Below are positions 21,129-31,101 of a stretch of 64,000 nt of DNA, one piece after another. The position numbers and the translations under genes are program-made. Under the pieces are notes generated by a model, which was not told the origin of the DNA, did no database searches, and saw only the letters and a list, made by a program, of their open reading frames with translations. Within the stretch, counting starts at the first letter, position 1; every line of letters starts with the position of its first letter. Source of the DNA: Candidatus Marinacidobacterales bacterium (GTDB lineage Bacteria > Acidobacteriota > Vicinamibacteria > Marinacidobacterales > DATDRI01); contig OZ245365.1 in NCBI GenBank assembly GCA_965226495.1, forward strand, positions 4,160,001 through 4,224,000, given 5' to 3'.

Positions 21129-21989
21129 CTAGGAACACTTGCCGCAAAAGTCGCCGTGGCCGTAATGCGCGGGCAACGCAGACTTGGATATCGAGAGCGT
21201 TTTCTTGTTCTTGTGACATACGAGGATCTTATTGGAGTTCTTCGGATCGGTTACGCTGCATTCCGGAACGTTCGTGTCGCCGACGTCCGTCCGGTCGTCG
21301 TCTTCTTCTTCCTGTAGCTTGATTTCCCGAGCGAAGACACCCTGGGTACCATCGACCATCCGCCACTAGCCTTTCACGTGTACGCGCTTCCCTTCCACGT
21401 CTTCCAAGTCGATTCTACGATTGCCTTTGCGTATGGCGGTCTCGCCCCCGCTCGAGACGACGAGCTCGTCGTTCACGCGAAGGGTTCCGTTGTTGGCGTG
21501 GCCGTCCTCTAACTGTACATCACTTGCCATTCCCTCGAGCTCCACGTCACCGTGGCCAATTCCGTTGCGCTTCTCCATGAGCAGGATTACCGTACCGTCG
21601 TCGTTCAAATCCACCAAGATGGAAAGCTGCTGGTTAGGCATGACTTCCTTGAACCGAATCCGGCCGATCCGAGTCCCATTCGCGTCTCGGAAGATGAGCG
21701 TGAAGACACCTTCTGGGAGTCCCCGGAGTGTGAAAGAACCGTTGGAGCCGACCGCAACTCGGATCCCTGTGTCGTTGCCGTCACTATCCAAGACTTCGAC
21801 GGTGACTCCAGCGAGATCCGTCGCGGACTGTGCCCGAAGCGCCAGCGGCGAGCGTCCGTCCGATGCGAACCGCCCAGTTAAGTTGACTCCATCTTGCGAG
21901 GGAGACGTCGGGCTAGAACCACCACAACTAACCACGAGAGAGCTCAACAGCGCGACAGCAAGTAACGTCCAGATTGTTCGATGGAGCAT
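21129..21989 (-). pseudogene. DUF5666-like lipoprotein interrupted by in-frame TAG
   Basis: Lipobox VVSC; ORFs 21366-22049 and 21129-21359 share a frame (VHVKG*WRM..AREIKLQ); C-terminal CH..AHYGHGD..C motif. Confidence 0.65.
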
Positions 21990-22204
21990 GATCGTCTCCC
22001 TTGGACTCCGGCACACTTCCCGGGTTGTGGCTGGGGACCAATAGATCATGGTAGCAACGAGGGTCCGGAGACGACATGATCTGGGTCACTCAATGGACCC
22101 TCAAATTCTGTGTGGAAATTCCAACACTCGTTGGCACGAGCGCTACAACTCAGGAAAAACCGGAAGGATTCGGCGAAGTATTCGGCGTTGGTGTTGGCGC
22201 TCGC

Positions 22205-23344
22205 TTATCTCAAGCTCTGCGCCGCTTCCACCATGACTTGAAGCTTGCGAAACGCTATCTCGGAGCTAGCGATGGGACGGTTCGAGAAAGTACCGAAGCC
22301 GCAGTCCGGGTTGAGGAAGATGCTTTCCGCAGGATAATGCGCCAGCGCGCCCTCGACGCTGCGGCGGATGGTTTCAGGAGATTCCATTTCGTCCGTGCGC
22401 GGATTGACTACTCCGAGACCCAGCTCCTTGCCATCGAACGGGAGGACGTCGCCCGCTCGCTCGGTGGCGTATTCTAGGACGAGCTGTCGCGCGTCCATCC
22501 GACCCAGACTCGACCGCAATGGATGGTAGCTCCCGCGCAAAAGCGTCGACTCGTCCCGGCTCCAGTTCCCGCGGCAAACGTGAACACCGGTACGCACGTT
22601 GTCAAACCCTTCGAGCACTCGGTTGATCAGTGTGGTGGCGAACTCCAACTCTTCTTCTGGATCCTGGCGCGCGGCTAGCGCCGCGCACATGAACGTTCGC
22701 GTCTGACCTTGGGTAAATACGAGCTCCGTCAATACCGGCTCGTCGAGCTGAATGAAGCTGGCGCCGGCCGCAATCAGGTCCTCGATCTCCTCTCTTAGCA
22801 TCGCCACGACATCTTCCGCCAGCAACTCCTTTGTGGAATAAACGCCTCGGGTGATTTCCTTGACGAACATCGAGCGCGTGAGAAGGTACGGCCCGGGAAG
22901 CGGCACCTTGATGGGTTTGTTGGTATGTTTTTTCAAGAACGCGAGCTCGTTCAGAGCCAGTGACTCGCGGCGACGAATTTTCCCCACGCAGCTCGGATTG
23001 CTGAGCGAGTAAGCAGGCACGTCCAAAGTCTGCAAAATCTTCTCGAAACCGGCCCGGTCCTCGACGACTTCCGCCAACTCGGCAAGAGTCATGAGCCGAA
23101 CGCCCTCGAGCTTTTCGGCGACGAACGAATAGAAGTTATCCCGCCGTTGCTCGCCGTCGGTCACGATGTCCACGCCGGCTTCCTCTTGCTGGCGAAGAAC
23201 TTCCAAGACCGCCTTGTCGGCGGCGAGATCGAACTCCTCCAGAGGAAGTCGACCGAGGCGCTTCAGTTTCTGCGCCTTCAATAGCGCGGGCGAGCGCGGC
23301 CAGCTCCCCACGGTTGTGACGGGGAACAGCGGTAGCTCGGTCAT
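22205..23344 (-). CDS. Single-barrel cobalamin-independent methionine synthase family protein
   Basis: VGSWPR, TDGEQRR, IQLDEP, Zn ligands HVC and NPDCG. Confidence 0.9.
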   Translation of the reverse strand: MTELPLFPVTTVGSWPRSPALLKAQKLKRLGRLPLEEFDLAADKAVLEVLRQQEEAGVDIVTDGEQRRDNFYSFVAEKLEGVRLMTLAELAEVVEDRAGFEKILQTLDVPAYSLSNPSCVGKIRRRESLALNELAFLKKHTNKPIKVPLPGPYLLTRSMFVKEITRGVYSTKELLAEDVVAMLREEIEDLIAAGASFIQLDEPVLTELVFTQGQTRTFMCAALAARQDPEEELEFATTLINRVLEGFDNVRTGVHVCRGNWSRDESTLLRGSYHPLRSSLGRMDARQLVLEYATERAGDVLPFDGKELGLGVVNPRTDEMESPETIRRSVEGALAHYPAESIFLNPDCGFGTFSNRPIASSEIAFRKLQVMVEAAQSLR

Positions 23345-24165
23345 CCGCGAGTCTTCTCGAAGAAGGATTGCTTGTCGACCGCGTCAGATAAAGGTTCGAA
23401 CCCGCTCGTGCGCGCGGGCAGCCACTCTTTCAGGCCTTCGAGATCCATCATCTCGCGATGCTTTGGATTGTCGTAGCTCATGGAGAAGAGCACGTCCAGC
23501 CATTTCTTCTCTCGATCCGGAGGAAAGTCCTCACGTACTGTAAAGACACAATGGTCGAAGCGATCGGTCGAGGCTAGGATCTCGAACTCGCTAGCGTTGA
23601 CAGTGCCGTCCTTGGTCCACCCGTCCCAGTTCAGATCGATCATGGCCGAGCAGTGCGCCTCCCCTTTCTCGAGACACCTGAAGGCCTCGAGCTCACCACC
23701 CACGTGGTCGCCATGCTTTCCTACGAGAACGTCGAACCGCTTGACGTGAAAATCGTCTCCCGCCGTCAGGCCGTGGCGCTCTAGAAAACCCAGGGGGATC
23801 AATGTGGCCTGAGGCGAGTCTTTGGCTCCAACCGCCACTGTCTTGCCGCTCAAGTCCGCTACCTTGCCGACCCCGGAACCCTTGCGAACGACCAGATGCG
23901 TTACGCGGTCCCGGTCGGAATCCCGCATCGCGATGGCACGACAGGTACCACCGGAGGCCCGCTGAGAGTCGAGCCACGCGAGGGGCGAGTTCCAGGCCAT
24001 CTCGATGTGTCCTTTGACGAGCGCATCCACCTGCAGCTCGTAGTTCGTGTAGAACACGACATCCATGGGACAGCCGTGCTCCTCGAAGAACTCGCGGATG
24101 ATGTCCCAGATGACCGAGACTTTCGGATCGTACAAAACGGCGCCGACGATCACCGGCTTACTCAT
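23341..24165 (-). CDS. PhnD/SsuA-like substrate-binding-fold protein without signal peptide
   Basis: YELQVDAL..AWNSPLAW, DLSGKTVAVGAKDS; start overlaps upstream stop (TAATG). Confidence 0.75.
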   Translation of the reverse strand: MSKPVIVGAVLYDPKVSVIWDIIREFFEEHGCPMDVVFYTNYELQVDALVKGHIEMAWNSPLAWLDSQRASGGTCRAIAMRDSDRDRVTHLVVRKGSGVGKVADLSGKTVAVGAKDSPQATLIPLGFLERHGLTAGDDFHVKRFDVLVGKHGDHVGGELEAFRCLEKGEAHCSAMIDLNWDGWTKDGTVNASEFEILASTDRFDHCVFTVREDFPPDREKKWLDVLFSMSYDNPKHREMMDLEGLKEWLPARTSGFEPLSDAVDKQSFFEKTRG

Positions 24166-25316
24166 TAGAAGAGCTCCATGCCGCAAAGGGCGCGGCCGAT
24201 GAACTCGTGCGCCACATCGGTCGTCGGAGCCATGATGCCGGAGGCCCTAGCGTCTCGGAAATGCCGCTCGACGGCGACGCGGCGGCCGAACGCGGCTCCG
24301 CCACATGCCCGCATACCGATCTCAGTAACCGCCATCGCGGTTTCCGAAGCCGCCGCCTTCGCTTCAAGGACCAGAAGTTGAGTGACTTCGTTCGGCTGCT
24401 CGACCGAATCGATGACGCTGACGAGATGCGCGCGGCCCCGGTCGGTTTCGATACGCATCCGCGCGAGTCGGGCCCTCAGGTTGGGAAGCTCCGATAACGT
24501 CGACCCGAGGTGTTCGAATCGGCTGGACGTCAAGTGTTTCGTGGTGGCCTGGACGGCCGCCTCGGCGATTCCCACTGAGATGGCAGCATTCCCAATCTGA
24601 AACCACGGAAGCACGACCCCCAGCATGGTATCGAATCCCTTGCCCTCGTCGGAGAGCGCACGATCGGAAGGGATTGAGACGCGCTCGAGCTTCATGGGAG
24701 CGCTCGCGTTTCCTCTCATGCCGTGGGCGTCCCACGAGCCCGAGACATCTAAGCCCGCATCTTCAGCGAGCACGAGGTACAACATGCTCTCGGTAGGGGC
24801 GGTGCCGTCCGCCCAACCGGTGGAGACCACGTAGCCCGCGGCTATTCCTGCCGACGTAACGAATGACTTGTCCGCAGTGATATGAATTTGACCGTTCACT
24901 TTCTCCGCGCGGCTCACCGGGGCCCAGAAATGACTGCGGGAGCCTCGCTCGCTCCAGGCCAAGGTGGAGAGATGATCGCCTTTTGCCGCCGCTTCCAGAT
25001 ATTTAGCGGTGGTCTTCGATTTCGCGTTGTAGCAAGCGATGCCGCACAAATGCATCATGTAAATCATTCCGGTAGACGCGCAACGCTGCGAGAACTCATC
25101 GAGCACCGCACATCCGACACGGGGGCCTTGCCCCATGCCTCCATATTCCTCAGGTACATTCAGGCCAAGAAAACCGGCATCGCCGAGTGCACGGATCCCT
25201 TCGGTGGGAAAGGTGCTTTCCGAGTCTACGCGGGACGCATGGGGTGCAAGACTCTCGTCGGCCAGCTTTGATGCGCGGTCGATGATTTTCTTTTCTTCTG
25301 AATTCAAGCGGTACAT
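24165..25316 (-). CDS. Acyl-CoA dehydrogenase-fold flavoprotein
   Basis: VPEEYGGMG, LAWSERG, KSFVTSA, GMRGNAS, ERHFRDARA; start ATG 25316 after GGAGG. Confidence 0.88.
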   Translation of the reverse strand: MYRLNSEEKKIIDRASKLADESLAPHASRVDSESTFPTEGIRALGDAGFLGLNVPEEYGGMGQGPRVGCAVLDEFSQRCASTGMIYMMHLCGIACYNAKSKTTAKYLEAAAKGDHLSTLAWSERGSRSHFWAPVSRAEKVNGQIHITADKSFVTSAGIAAGYVVSTGWADGTAPTESMLYLVLAEDAGLDVSGSWDAHGMRGNASAPMKLERVSIPSDRALSDEGKGFDTMLGVVLPWFQIGNAAISVGIAEAAVQATTKHLTSSRFEHLGSTLSELPNLRARLARMRIETDRGRAHLVSVIDSVEQPNEVTQLLVLEAKAAASETAMAVTEIGMRACGGAAFGRRVAVERHFRDARASGIMAPTTDVAHEFIGRALCGMELF

Positions 25317-25348
25317 GGGTTTAGACTCCTCCGGTAGGCGGCCAACTA

Positions 25349-25798
25349 TTAGAGCACAACTTTCAACGTGAGCTCCAAATCCACCACCGGCCGCAAGGTG
25401 CGCACCAGAGGCGATTTGGCCAACACTTCGTCCCAAACACGGCGTACCTTTTCTTCTCCGTCGACAGAGCTCGCATACACCTGGATGCGGATCCTTTCGA
25501 TTCCGGGATGGCCTTCTTCCCCGACGACGTCTAGGTACGTCAGCGGGTTGTTGACCGCACCGTGGACCACCGCCTCGACGTTATCCACTTCGACCCGGCG
25601 TTTTTTTGCGAGAGTGAAAAGACCGTTCGCAACATCCGACCCGAGGGCTCCAAGCACGTACTCGAGAGAGGTGATGTGCGGATATTCCTGATCGAACTGT
25701 AGTGGCGCGCCGACCGCGAATTGGTGTTTCCTAACGAAAACGGTCGCCAGGTTCTTGTCTCTGGCGCCGACTCTCAGGTTCCACTCGAAAGGTTCCAT
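25349..25798 (-). CDS. OsmC-like protein lacking cysteines
   Basis: EYVLGALGSD..A..R.VEVD.VE..V.G and SPLVRTL pattern follows OsmC/Ohr. Confidence 0.7.
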   Translation of the reverse strand: MEPFEWNLRVGARDKNLATVFVRKHQFAVGAPLQFDQEYPHITSLEYVLGALGSDVANGLFTLAKKRRVEVDNVEAVVHGAVNNPLTYLDVVGEEGHPGIERIRIQVYASSVDGEEKVRRVWDEVLAKSPLVRTLRPVVDLELTLKVVL

Positions 25799-25883
25799 CG
25801 TCGCTGTGCTCGCGTCGAGCCTATCATAGCGTGGTCACAACGCTCGGTCTCACATCCAGGAGGAGGACGCCGCGGCGTCCAGC

Positions 25884-26729
25884 TTACGGCACGATCCCGA
25901 AGATGCGGCTAGCCGCTCCGGAGCCACCCTGAATCTTCATCGGCGCCACCACCAACCATGCGCCGGCGGCGGGCAGAGCGTCCACGTTGGCGATCAGCTC
26001 GATCTGGTACTTCCCGGCCCGGTGCATCTCGATATGCACTTGATTGAAGGGATCCGTCTTTAGAGAAATGGCTAGAGCGTCGGTGGACAGAGAGTCGGCT
26101 GCAACGGCGTTGATGTCGCGGTTCTCCAAGAGCCATCGAATGGCATCCGGGGAAAATCCGGGAAAGTGCAACTCTCCGGCCTCGTCCAAACCTAGAAACG
26201 CCATCGGATCGGAATACTTGGCACTCCAACCGCTGTTCATAATGATCACCGCGCCCGGGGGGATCTCTCCATTCGCCTGCTCCCACACCTCGAGGTCATC
26301 AACCGACACCATGTAGTCCGAATCAGCCGCGGCTTTCGCCTTCACATCCACGACCACCGCAGGCGCCACCAAGCGCTCGAGCGGTATCTCATCTATGGCT
26401 TCTTTGTCTTTGCCGGGAAACCAGTGGTTCGGAGCATCCACGTGCGTCCCCGAGTGCTCCGTCACCTGATACCAGTTCCAGTACCAGGTGTTCATTCCCG
26501 GTTCGTTCCATTTGGAGATCTCGTTGAGCTTGAACGGAACGCCCTGCCCCAAGTGGGGAGGCGCCTGAAACTCCGGCATCCCTTCATGGTACGGATGGGA
26601 TAGGTCGACCAGAGAGTAGTTCCCTGCCGCGAGCACGTCTGCGATCGTGGGCGCGGGTGTCTCAGGGGGCGCGCAAGAAGTGAGCCACGCGATTCCCCCG
26701 ATCCCAAAGACAAACGTCATGGGTCTCAT
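25884..26729 (-). CDS. Cyclase-family (kynurenine formamidase-like) lipoprotein
   Basis: HSGTHVDAPNH, HFPGFS; lipobox LTSC. Confidence 0.88.
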   Translation of the reverse strand: MRPMTFVFGIGGIAWLTSCAPPETPAPTIADVLAAGNYSLVDLSHPYHEGMPEFQAPPHLGQGVPFKLNEISKWNEPGMNTWYWNWYQVTEHSGTHVDAPNHWFPGKDKEAIDEIPLERLVAPAVVVDVKAKAAADSDYMVSVDDLEVWEQANGEIPPGAVIIMNSGWSAKYSDPMAFLGLDEAGELHFPGFSPDAIRWLLENRDINAVAADSLSTDALAISLKTDPFNQVHIEMHRAGKYQIELIANVDALPAAGAWLVVAPMKIQGGSGAASRIFGIVP

Positions 26730-26855
26730 TTTTCCTCCCCGTTGTCCTTCAACGCCGGCGACTCTTTGCTGGCCCACCAACCATAATAAAAACGAACATC
26801 CGGATCAAAGCCCGGAAATGACAGCCTGACCGTTTGCCGCTAGTATGAGGCGGCC

Positions 26856-28235
26856 ATGGTCACGGAAGTAAAGCCGTCGAGCTCCGAACGCCATTTCCTC
26901 AAGGCGCTCGGCCCCGGTTTGCTGCTCGCCGCAGTAGCCGTCGGCGTATCCCATCTCGTCCAGTCCACACGCGCCGGAGCGGTGTACGGTTTCGCGATGC
27001 TGATATTCATCGTGGGCGCCATCGTGACGAAGTACCCGACCTACCGATTTGCACCCCAATACACCCAGGCCACCGGCGTCTCGATGGTCGAGGGATTCCG
27101 GCGCCAAGGCCGGTGGGCGCTCGCCCTGTTTGCGCTAGTCTTCCCCATCCCGGCGCTCGTCGCGGTTGCCGCAGTGACGATTGTAACCGCCGGGGTCGCC
27201 AAGGCTACCTTCTTTCTTGGTGCGAGTCCGGGCAATATTGCCGTCGCGATACTGGCTATCACCGCCGTGTTGTTGATCACCGGGCGGTACCACTGGCTCG
27301 ATCTCCTAATGAAGCCGTTGATGCTGGTCCTCACCCTAACGACGGTGGCCGCGGCGTTGTTGGTACTGCCACATGTCGATTGGTCTCTTTCCGGAGACTT
27401 GTGGCCGGACACATTCGACATGAGGACGATACTATTCACCGCCGCTCTGATCGGATGGATGCCCGCGCCACTCGAGTCGGCCGTCATCCATACTTTGTGG
27501 TTGAGAGCCAAGGTTCAGGACACCGCCTACCGGCCGAGTGCAAGAGAATCGTCCCTCGATTTCCACATCGGTTATGTGGCTACTCTGCTACTGGCGGTTT
27601 GTTTTCTGGTGCTCGGGACCGGCGTTATGCATGGTAAGGGCATTGCATTCGAAGAGAGTGCCGGAGGCTTCGCCGCGCAGGTGATGGCCCTTTATACGGA
27701 GACCCTGGGCGACTGGAGCCGGCCGCTTATCGCTGCGGCAGCGCTGGCGGTGATGTACTCAACCGTGATCGCAGCGATCGATGGATTCTCGAGGATCACC
27801 GCCTCGACCATCTTGTGTTTTCGGGGACCAGAGGGGCCCTCACCCTACCCTCTCCCAGGGGGAGAGGGAATAGAGGAAGAACGGCACGATCAAATATCCT
27901 CACCCTACCCTCTCCCAAAGGGAGAGGGTACAAGGGCGCGCGGTGTGAATGCGTGGAACATTCTCTACGTCGTTTCGATCGTGGCGTTTTGTGCGGGGGC
28001 AGTTACGATCCTTATGTTCTTCCTGAGATCGTTCAAGACGCTGATCGATATCGCGACAACCCTCTCGTTTCTCACGACGCCGGTATTGGCCTTTCTGATC
28101 CACCGATCCATCATGAGCGCCGATGTCCCCGCGGAAGCGAGACCCGGGCGGGCTTTCTGGGGCTTTAGCGTGTTCTGTATCGGAGTGTTGACGACCTTTG
28201 CCGTCGGGTATTTGTTACTGCTGGTCGTGCGTTGA
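26856..28235 (+). CDS. NRAMP-related transporter with in-frame REP insertion
   Basis: LGPGLLLAAVAVGVSHLVQSTRAGA, GWMPAP; multiple TM segments. Confidence 0.82.
   Translation: MVTEVKPSSSERHFLKALGPGLLLAAVAVGVSHLVQSTRAGAVYGFAMLIFIVGAIVTKYPTYRFAPQYTQATGVSMVEGFRRQGRWALALFALVFPIPALVAVAAVTIVTAGVAKATFFLGASPGNIAVAILAITAVLLITGRYHWLDLLMKPLMLVLTLTTVAAALLVLPHVDWSLSGDLWPDTFDMRTILFTAALIGWMPAPLESAVIHTLWLRAKVQDTAYRPSARESSLDFHIGYVATLLLAVCFLVLGTGVMHGKGIAFEESAGGFAAQVMALYTETLGDWSRPLIAAAALAVMYSTVIAAIDGFSRITASTILCFRGPEGPSPYPLPGGEGIEEERHDQISSPYPLPKGEGTRARGVNAWNILYVVSIVAFCAGAVTILMFFLRSFKTLIDIATTLSFLTTPVLAFLIHRSIMSADVPAEARPGRAFWGFSVFCIGVLTTFAVGYLLLLVVR
27837..27929 (+). repeat. Two REP-like palindromes inside the transporter CDS
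   Basis: CCTCACCCTACCCTCTCCCA..GGGAGAGGG twice, 60 bp apart. Confidence 0.9.
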
Positions 28236-28263
28236 GATGTTTTTCCTTGGAAAGGACGAGTCC

Positions 28264-29643
28264 ATGATCCCCGATCTTCGCGCTGTGCTGAAAGTCTTCG
28301 AATCCAACAACGAGTTGATTCGAATCAAGGAAGAGGTGGAGCTCAATTATCAGATTACCGCGTTCTGTCGCCTAGTATCCGACGCGGATGGTCCCGCCCT
28401 TTTGTTCGAACGGATCAAGGGACACACTGTACCGTTGGCGGTCAACCTTTTCGGCACACGACGACGCATCGCGCTGGCCTTAGAGACTACTGAACACGAG
28501 ATGACTGAGCGGAATCTGGAATGTCTCAAGAAACCCTTGCCACCTAAGATGGTGGAAGCCGATCTCTCTGACTGGGTGGTCATGAAAGGCGAGGACATCG
28601 ATCTGTATAGCCTTCCGCATTCGATCTGGAACGTGGGAGACGGGGGGCCCTTCGTGACGGCGGGTGTCGTCATGGCTCCGCAGGCCAGCGGCGAGTACAA
28701 CGCCGGAATTTATCGGATGCAGATACACAGTAAGAATACCTGCGGGGTTTATATGGCCCCCGATCACCACGTGCGGCGACTGCTCGAGGCGCCGGGTCGG
28801 ACGAAACCGGTTTCGATCTCGGTCGCCCTAGGACCTCCTCCGGCGCTCTTTCTGGCCGCCAGTTCCGATTTCGCGGTCAACGAGAGTGAAGTTTCGATAG
28901 CGGGTGCGCTCCAAGGAGAACCCTTGGAGTTCGCGGCCGGTCTGACGGTGAACGTACCGTGGCCGGTTCGGTCCGAGATCATCATCGAGGGCACACTGGA
29001 TGGAACTCTGGCCGAAGAGGGCCCTTTCGTCGAGTTCACGGGTTATACGACGGGGTCGGGACCTGCTCCGGTCATGAATATAACGGCCATCTATCACCGC
29101 CCACAACCGATCTACCATGCCGCCTACGTGGGTAAGCCGCCGAACGAGACGGCGACGGTCTGGCGGGAGATAGAAGAAGCGAAAGCACTCCGGGTACTCC
29201 AAGAACGTTTCCCCATCGTGAAGGGAATGCATCGACCGCCTCAGATCGGGCGTGACTTCTGGTGTGTCATCTCCGTGGACTCCGAACGCGCCAAACCCGG
29301 GATGATTGGAAACCTGCTACTCGGCGCCGCCTACTGCCTTCCGCGTCCGAAGTTCTTAATCGTCGTGGACGATGATGTCGACATTTACCGGATCGAGGAC
29401 GTGCTGTGGGCTTTGAGCATGCGCGTGAACCCCCAGCGCGACAGTTTTTTTGCACCCAATACAATGACATCCGGTCTGGATCCATGCGGACCCACGCCCC
29501 CTCTAACCTCGAAGCTTTTGATCGACGCTACCAAGAAAAAGGGGTTCCGCGGCAGGCTCGGGGTGCCGACCGAGGAAGCCTTCGACTTCGCACGCAAGAC
29601 GTTAGCCAAATACCTAAAGACGGAAGCTAAGGGGATCAGCTGA
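28264..29643 (+). CDS. UbiD-family prFMN-dependent decarboxylase
   Basis: NLFGT, GIYRMQ, EEGPFVEFTGY, VVDDDVD. Confidence 0.92.
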   Translation: MIPDLRAVLKVFESNNELIRIKEEVELNYQITAFCRLVSDADGPALLFERIKGHTVPLAVNLFGTRRRIALALETTEHEMTERNLECLKKPLPPKMVEADLSDWVVMKGEDIDLYSLPHSIWNVGDGGPFVTAGVVMAPQASGEYNAGIYRMQIHSKNTCGVYMAPDHHVRRLLEAPGRTKPVSISVALGPPPALFLAASSDFAVNESEVSIAGALQGEPLEFAAGLTVNVPWPVRSEIIIEGTLDGTLAEEGPFVEFTGYTTGSGPAPVMNITAIYHRPQPIYHAAYVGKPPNETATVWREIEEAKALRVLQERFPIVKGMHRPPQIGRDFWCVISVDSERAKPGMIGNLLLGAAYCLPRPKFLIVVDDDVDIYRIEDVLWALSMRVNPQRDSFFAPNTMTSGLDPCGPTPPLTSKLLIDATKKKGFRGRLGVPTEEAFDFARKTLAKYLKTEAKGIS

Positions 29644-30608
29644 TGGAATTCGGCGTCTACTTACCCCACGCGGGACCCCTCTGTGACGCGGAAGCGGTCC
29701 GCGATGTCGCTCAAGCGGCGGAGGAGCTGGGCTTCGCGTCAGTTTGGGTCAACGACCACATTCCCCACACGCTCCAGTGGTCAGAGAAATTTCTATGTGT
29801 CGGCTCGCTCGATGCGCCCAACAAGCCCGATCACCTCGAAGCCGTTACCTCATTGAGTTATGTCGCCGCCTCGACGAAAAAAGTAAAACTCGGCTTTACT
29901 GTCCTCGTCTTGCCATTCCGCTCGCCGGCGCTCTTGGCGAAGCAGTGTGCCACACTCGATGTGTACTCGGGAGGGCGCCTGATCTTCGGCGTCGGCGCCG
30001 GAGGGGTCGAACCGGAGTTTCGAGCATTGGGCATCCCCTTCAAGGGCCGCGCCGGCGAAACGGTTCGCTCGATGCGCTCGATTCGCAAGTATTGGGAAAC
30101 GGGTTCCCTCGATGCGCAAGTGGAGGGTGACGATTTGACGTTCGAGCTACTTCCGCGTCCGGTGCAGCAACCGGCCCCGCCTATTTGGTTCGGTGGCCAC
30201 ACTCCCTGGGCTCTACGGACCACCGCGCGCCATTCGGACGGTTGGCTCCCTTTTGCGCTCACCTTGAAGGAGTTCCAGGCGAAGCTGCAAGAACTAGACA
30301 CATTGCTCTCTGAGCTCGAGCGTCCGCGCCCGACTCTCGCCACCCAACACTTGATAGTGATCGACGAGGACGCCACGCGAGCCGAAGAACGGGCCGCCAC
30401 AACTCTGACCGCAAGGTTTGGAGCGTTGGATAAAGGACTCGAAAAGTCTCTGGTGGGCAGCCCCAATCAAATACTCTTGAAGCTCCGAGCCTACAAAGGA
30501 CTTGGCGCGGAACACGTGGTGTTGGGCTTCATAGCCACCACGGTGCCCGAAATGCTGGATGACATGCGGCTCTTCTCCACAACGATCCTGCCAACCTTCC
30601 AAAGCTGA
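29643..30608 (+). CDS. LLM-class flavin-dependent oxidoreductase
   Basis: AEELGFASVWVNDH, AKQCATLD..SGGRL, PPIWFGG. Confidence 0.9.
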   Translation: MEFGVYLPHAGPLCDAEAVRDVAQAAEELGFASVWVNDHIPHTLQWSEKFLCVGSLDAPNKPDHLEAVTSLSYVAASTKKVKLGFTVLVLPFRSPALLAKQCATLDVYSGGRLIFGVGAGGVEPEFRALGIPFKGRAGETVRSMRSIRKYWETGSLDAQVEGDDLTFELLPRPVQQPAPPIWFGGHTPWALRTTARHSDGWLPFALTLKEFQAKLQELDTLLSELERPRPTLATQHLIVIDEDATRAEERAATTLTARFGALDKGLEKSLVGSPNQILLKLRAYKGLGAEHVVLGFIATTVPEMLDDMRLFSTTILPTFQS

Positions 30609-30623
30609 AAAAGTGAGCCCCCA

Positions 30624-31085
30624 TTGAGTTCGTCCTCGCCGGTAGCGACCGAGCTAACCGAAGCCCAGTTCGAAACGTTGCAGCAGGGCTGCGCCGGTCT
30701 GCTAGTGACGGTCGAAGCGAATCGTTTTCCGACCACCGCCTTCGTATGGACGGTCGCTGCATCGCGCACGAAGGTGCGGTTCGGTGTCGAAGGAGGCACC
30801 ACCCAGGCCAACCTCGAACGGGAGGGAATGGCTTCTCTCCAGATCATCGGCGCCCGCAATCGCGTCTTTTTGATCAAGGGAAAGACGACCTTGGCGAAAC
30901 CGCGCCTCGAAGCCGTGCCGTTCGAGAGCGCAATGATGAGCTTGGAGGTGGCAGAGGTTAAGGATCAGACCTGGCCGGAGGTCTCCGTTCGTGAGCTCGC
31001 CTACGAATGGAACCCCGACCGTCGTGAAGAGTGGCTTGGCATCGAGCAAGCCGTCTACCGAGAGATGAGGGAGTGGAAGGACTGA
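30624..31085 (+). CDS. Pyridoxamine 5'-phosphate oxidase-like split-barrel protein
   Basis: LLVTV..NRFP, TQANLER..ASLQIIG..VFLIKG pattern; operon position. Confidence 0.55.
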   Translation: MSSSSPVATELTEAQFETLQQGCAGLLVTVEANRFPTTAFVWTVAASRTKVRFGVEGGTTQANLEREGMASLQIIGARNRVFLIKGKTTLAKPRLEAVPFESAMMSLEVAEVKDQTWPEVSVRELAYEWNPDRREEWLGIEQAVYREMREWKD

Positions 31086-31101
31086 AGCGTCCGCGACCTG
31101 C

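Noticed and set aside
22050-22070. Sigma54 box upstream of the DUF5666-like gene
   Set aside because: GG to GC spacing is 9 nt rather than 10
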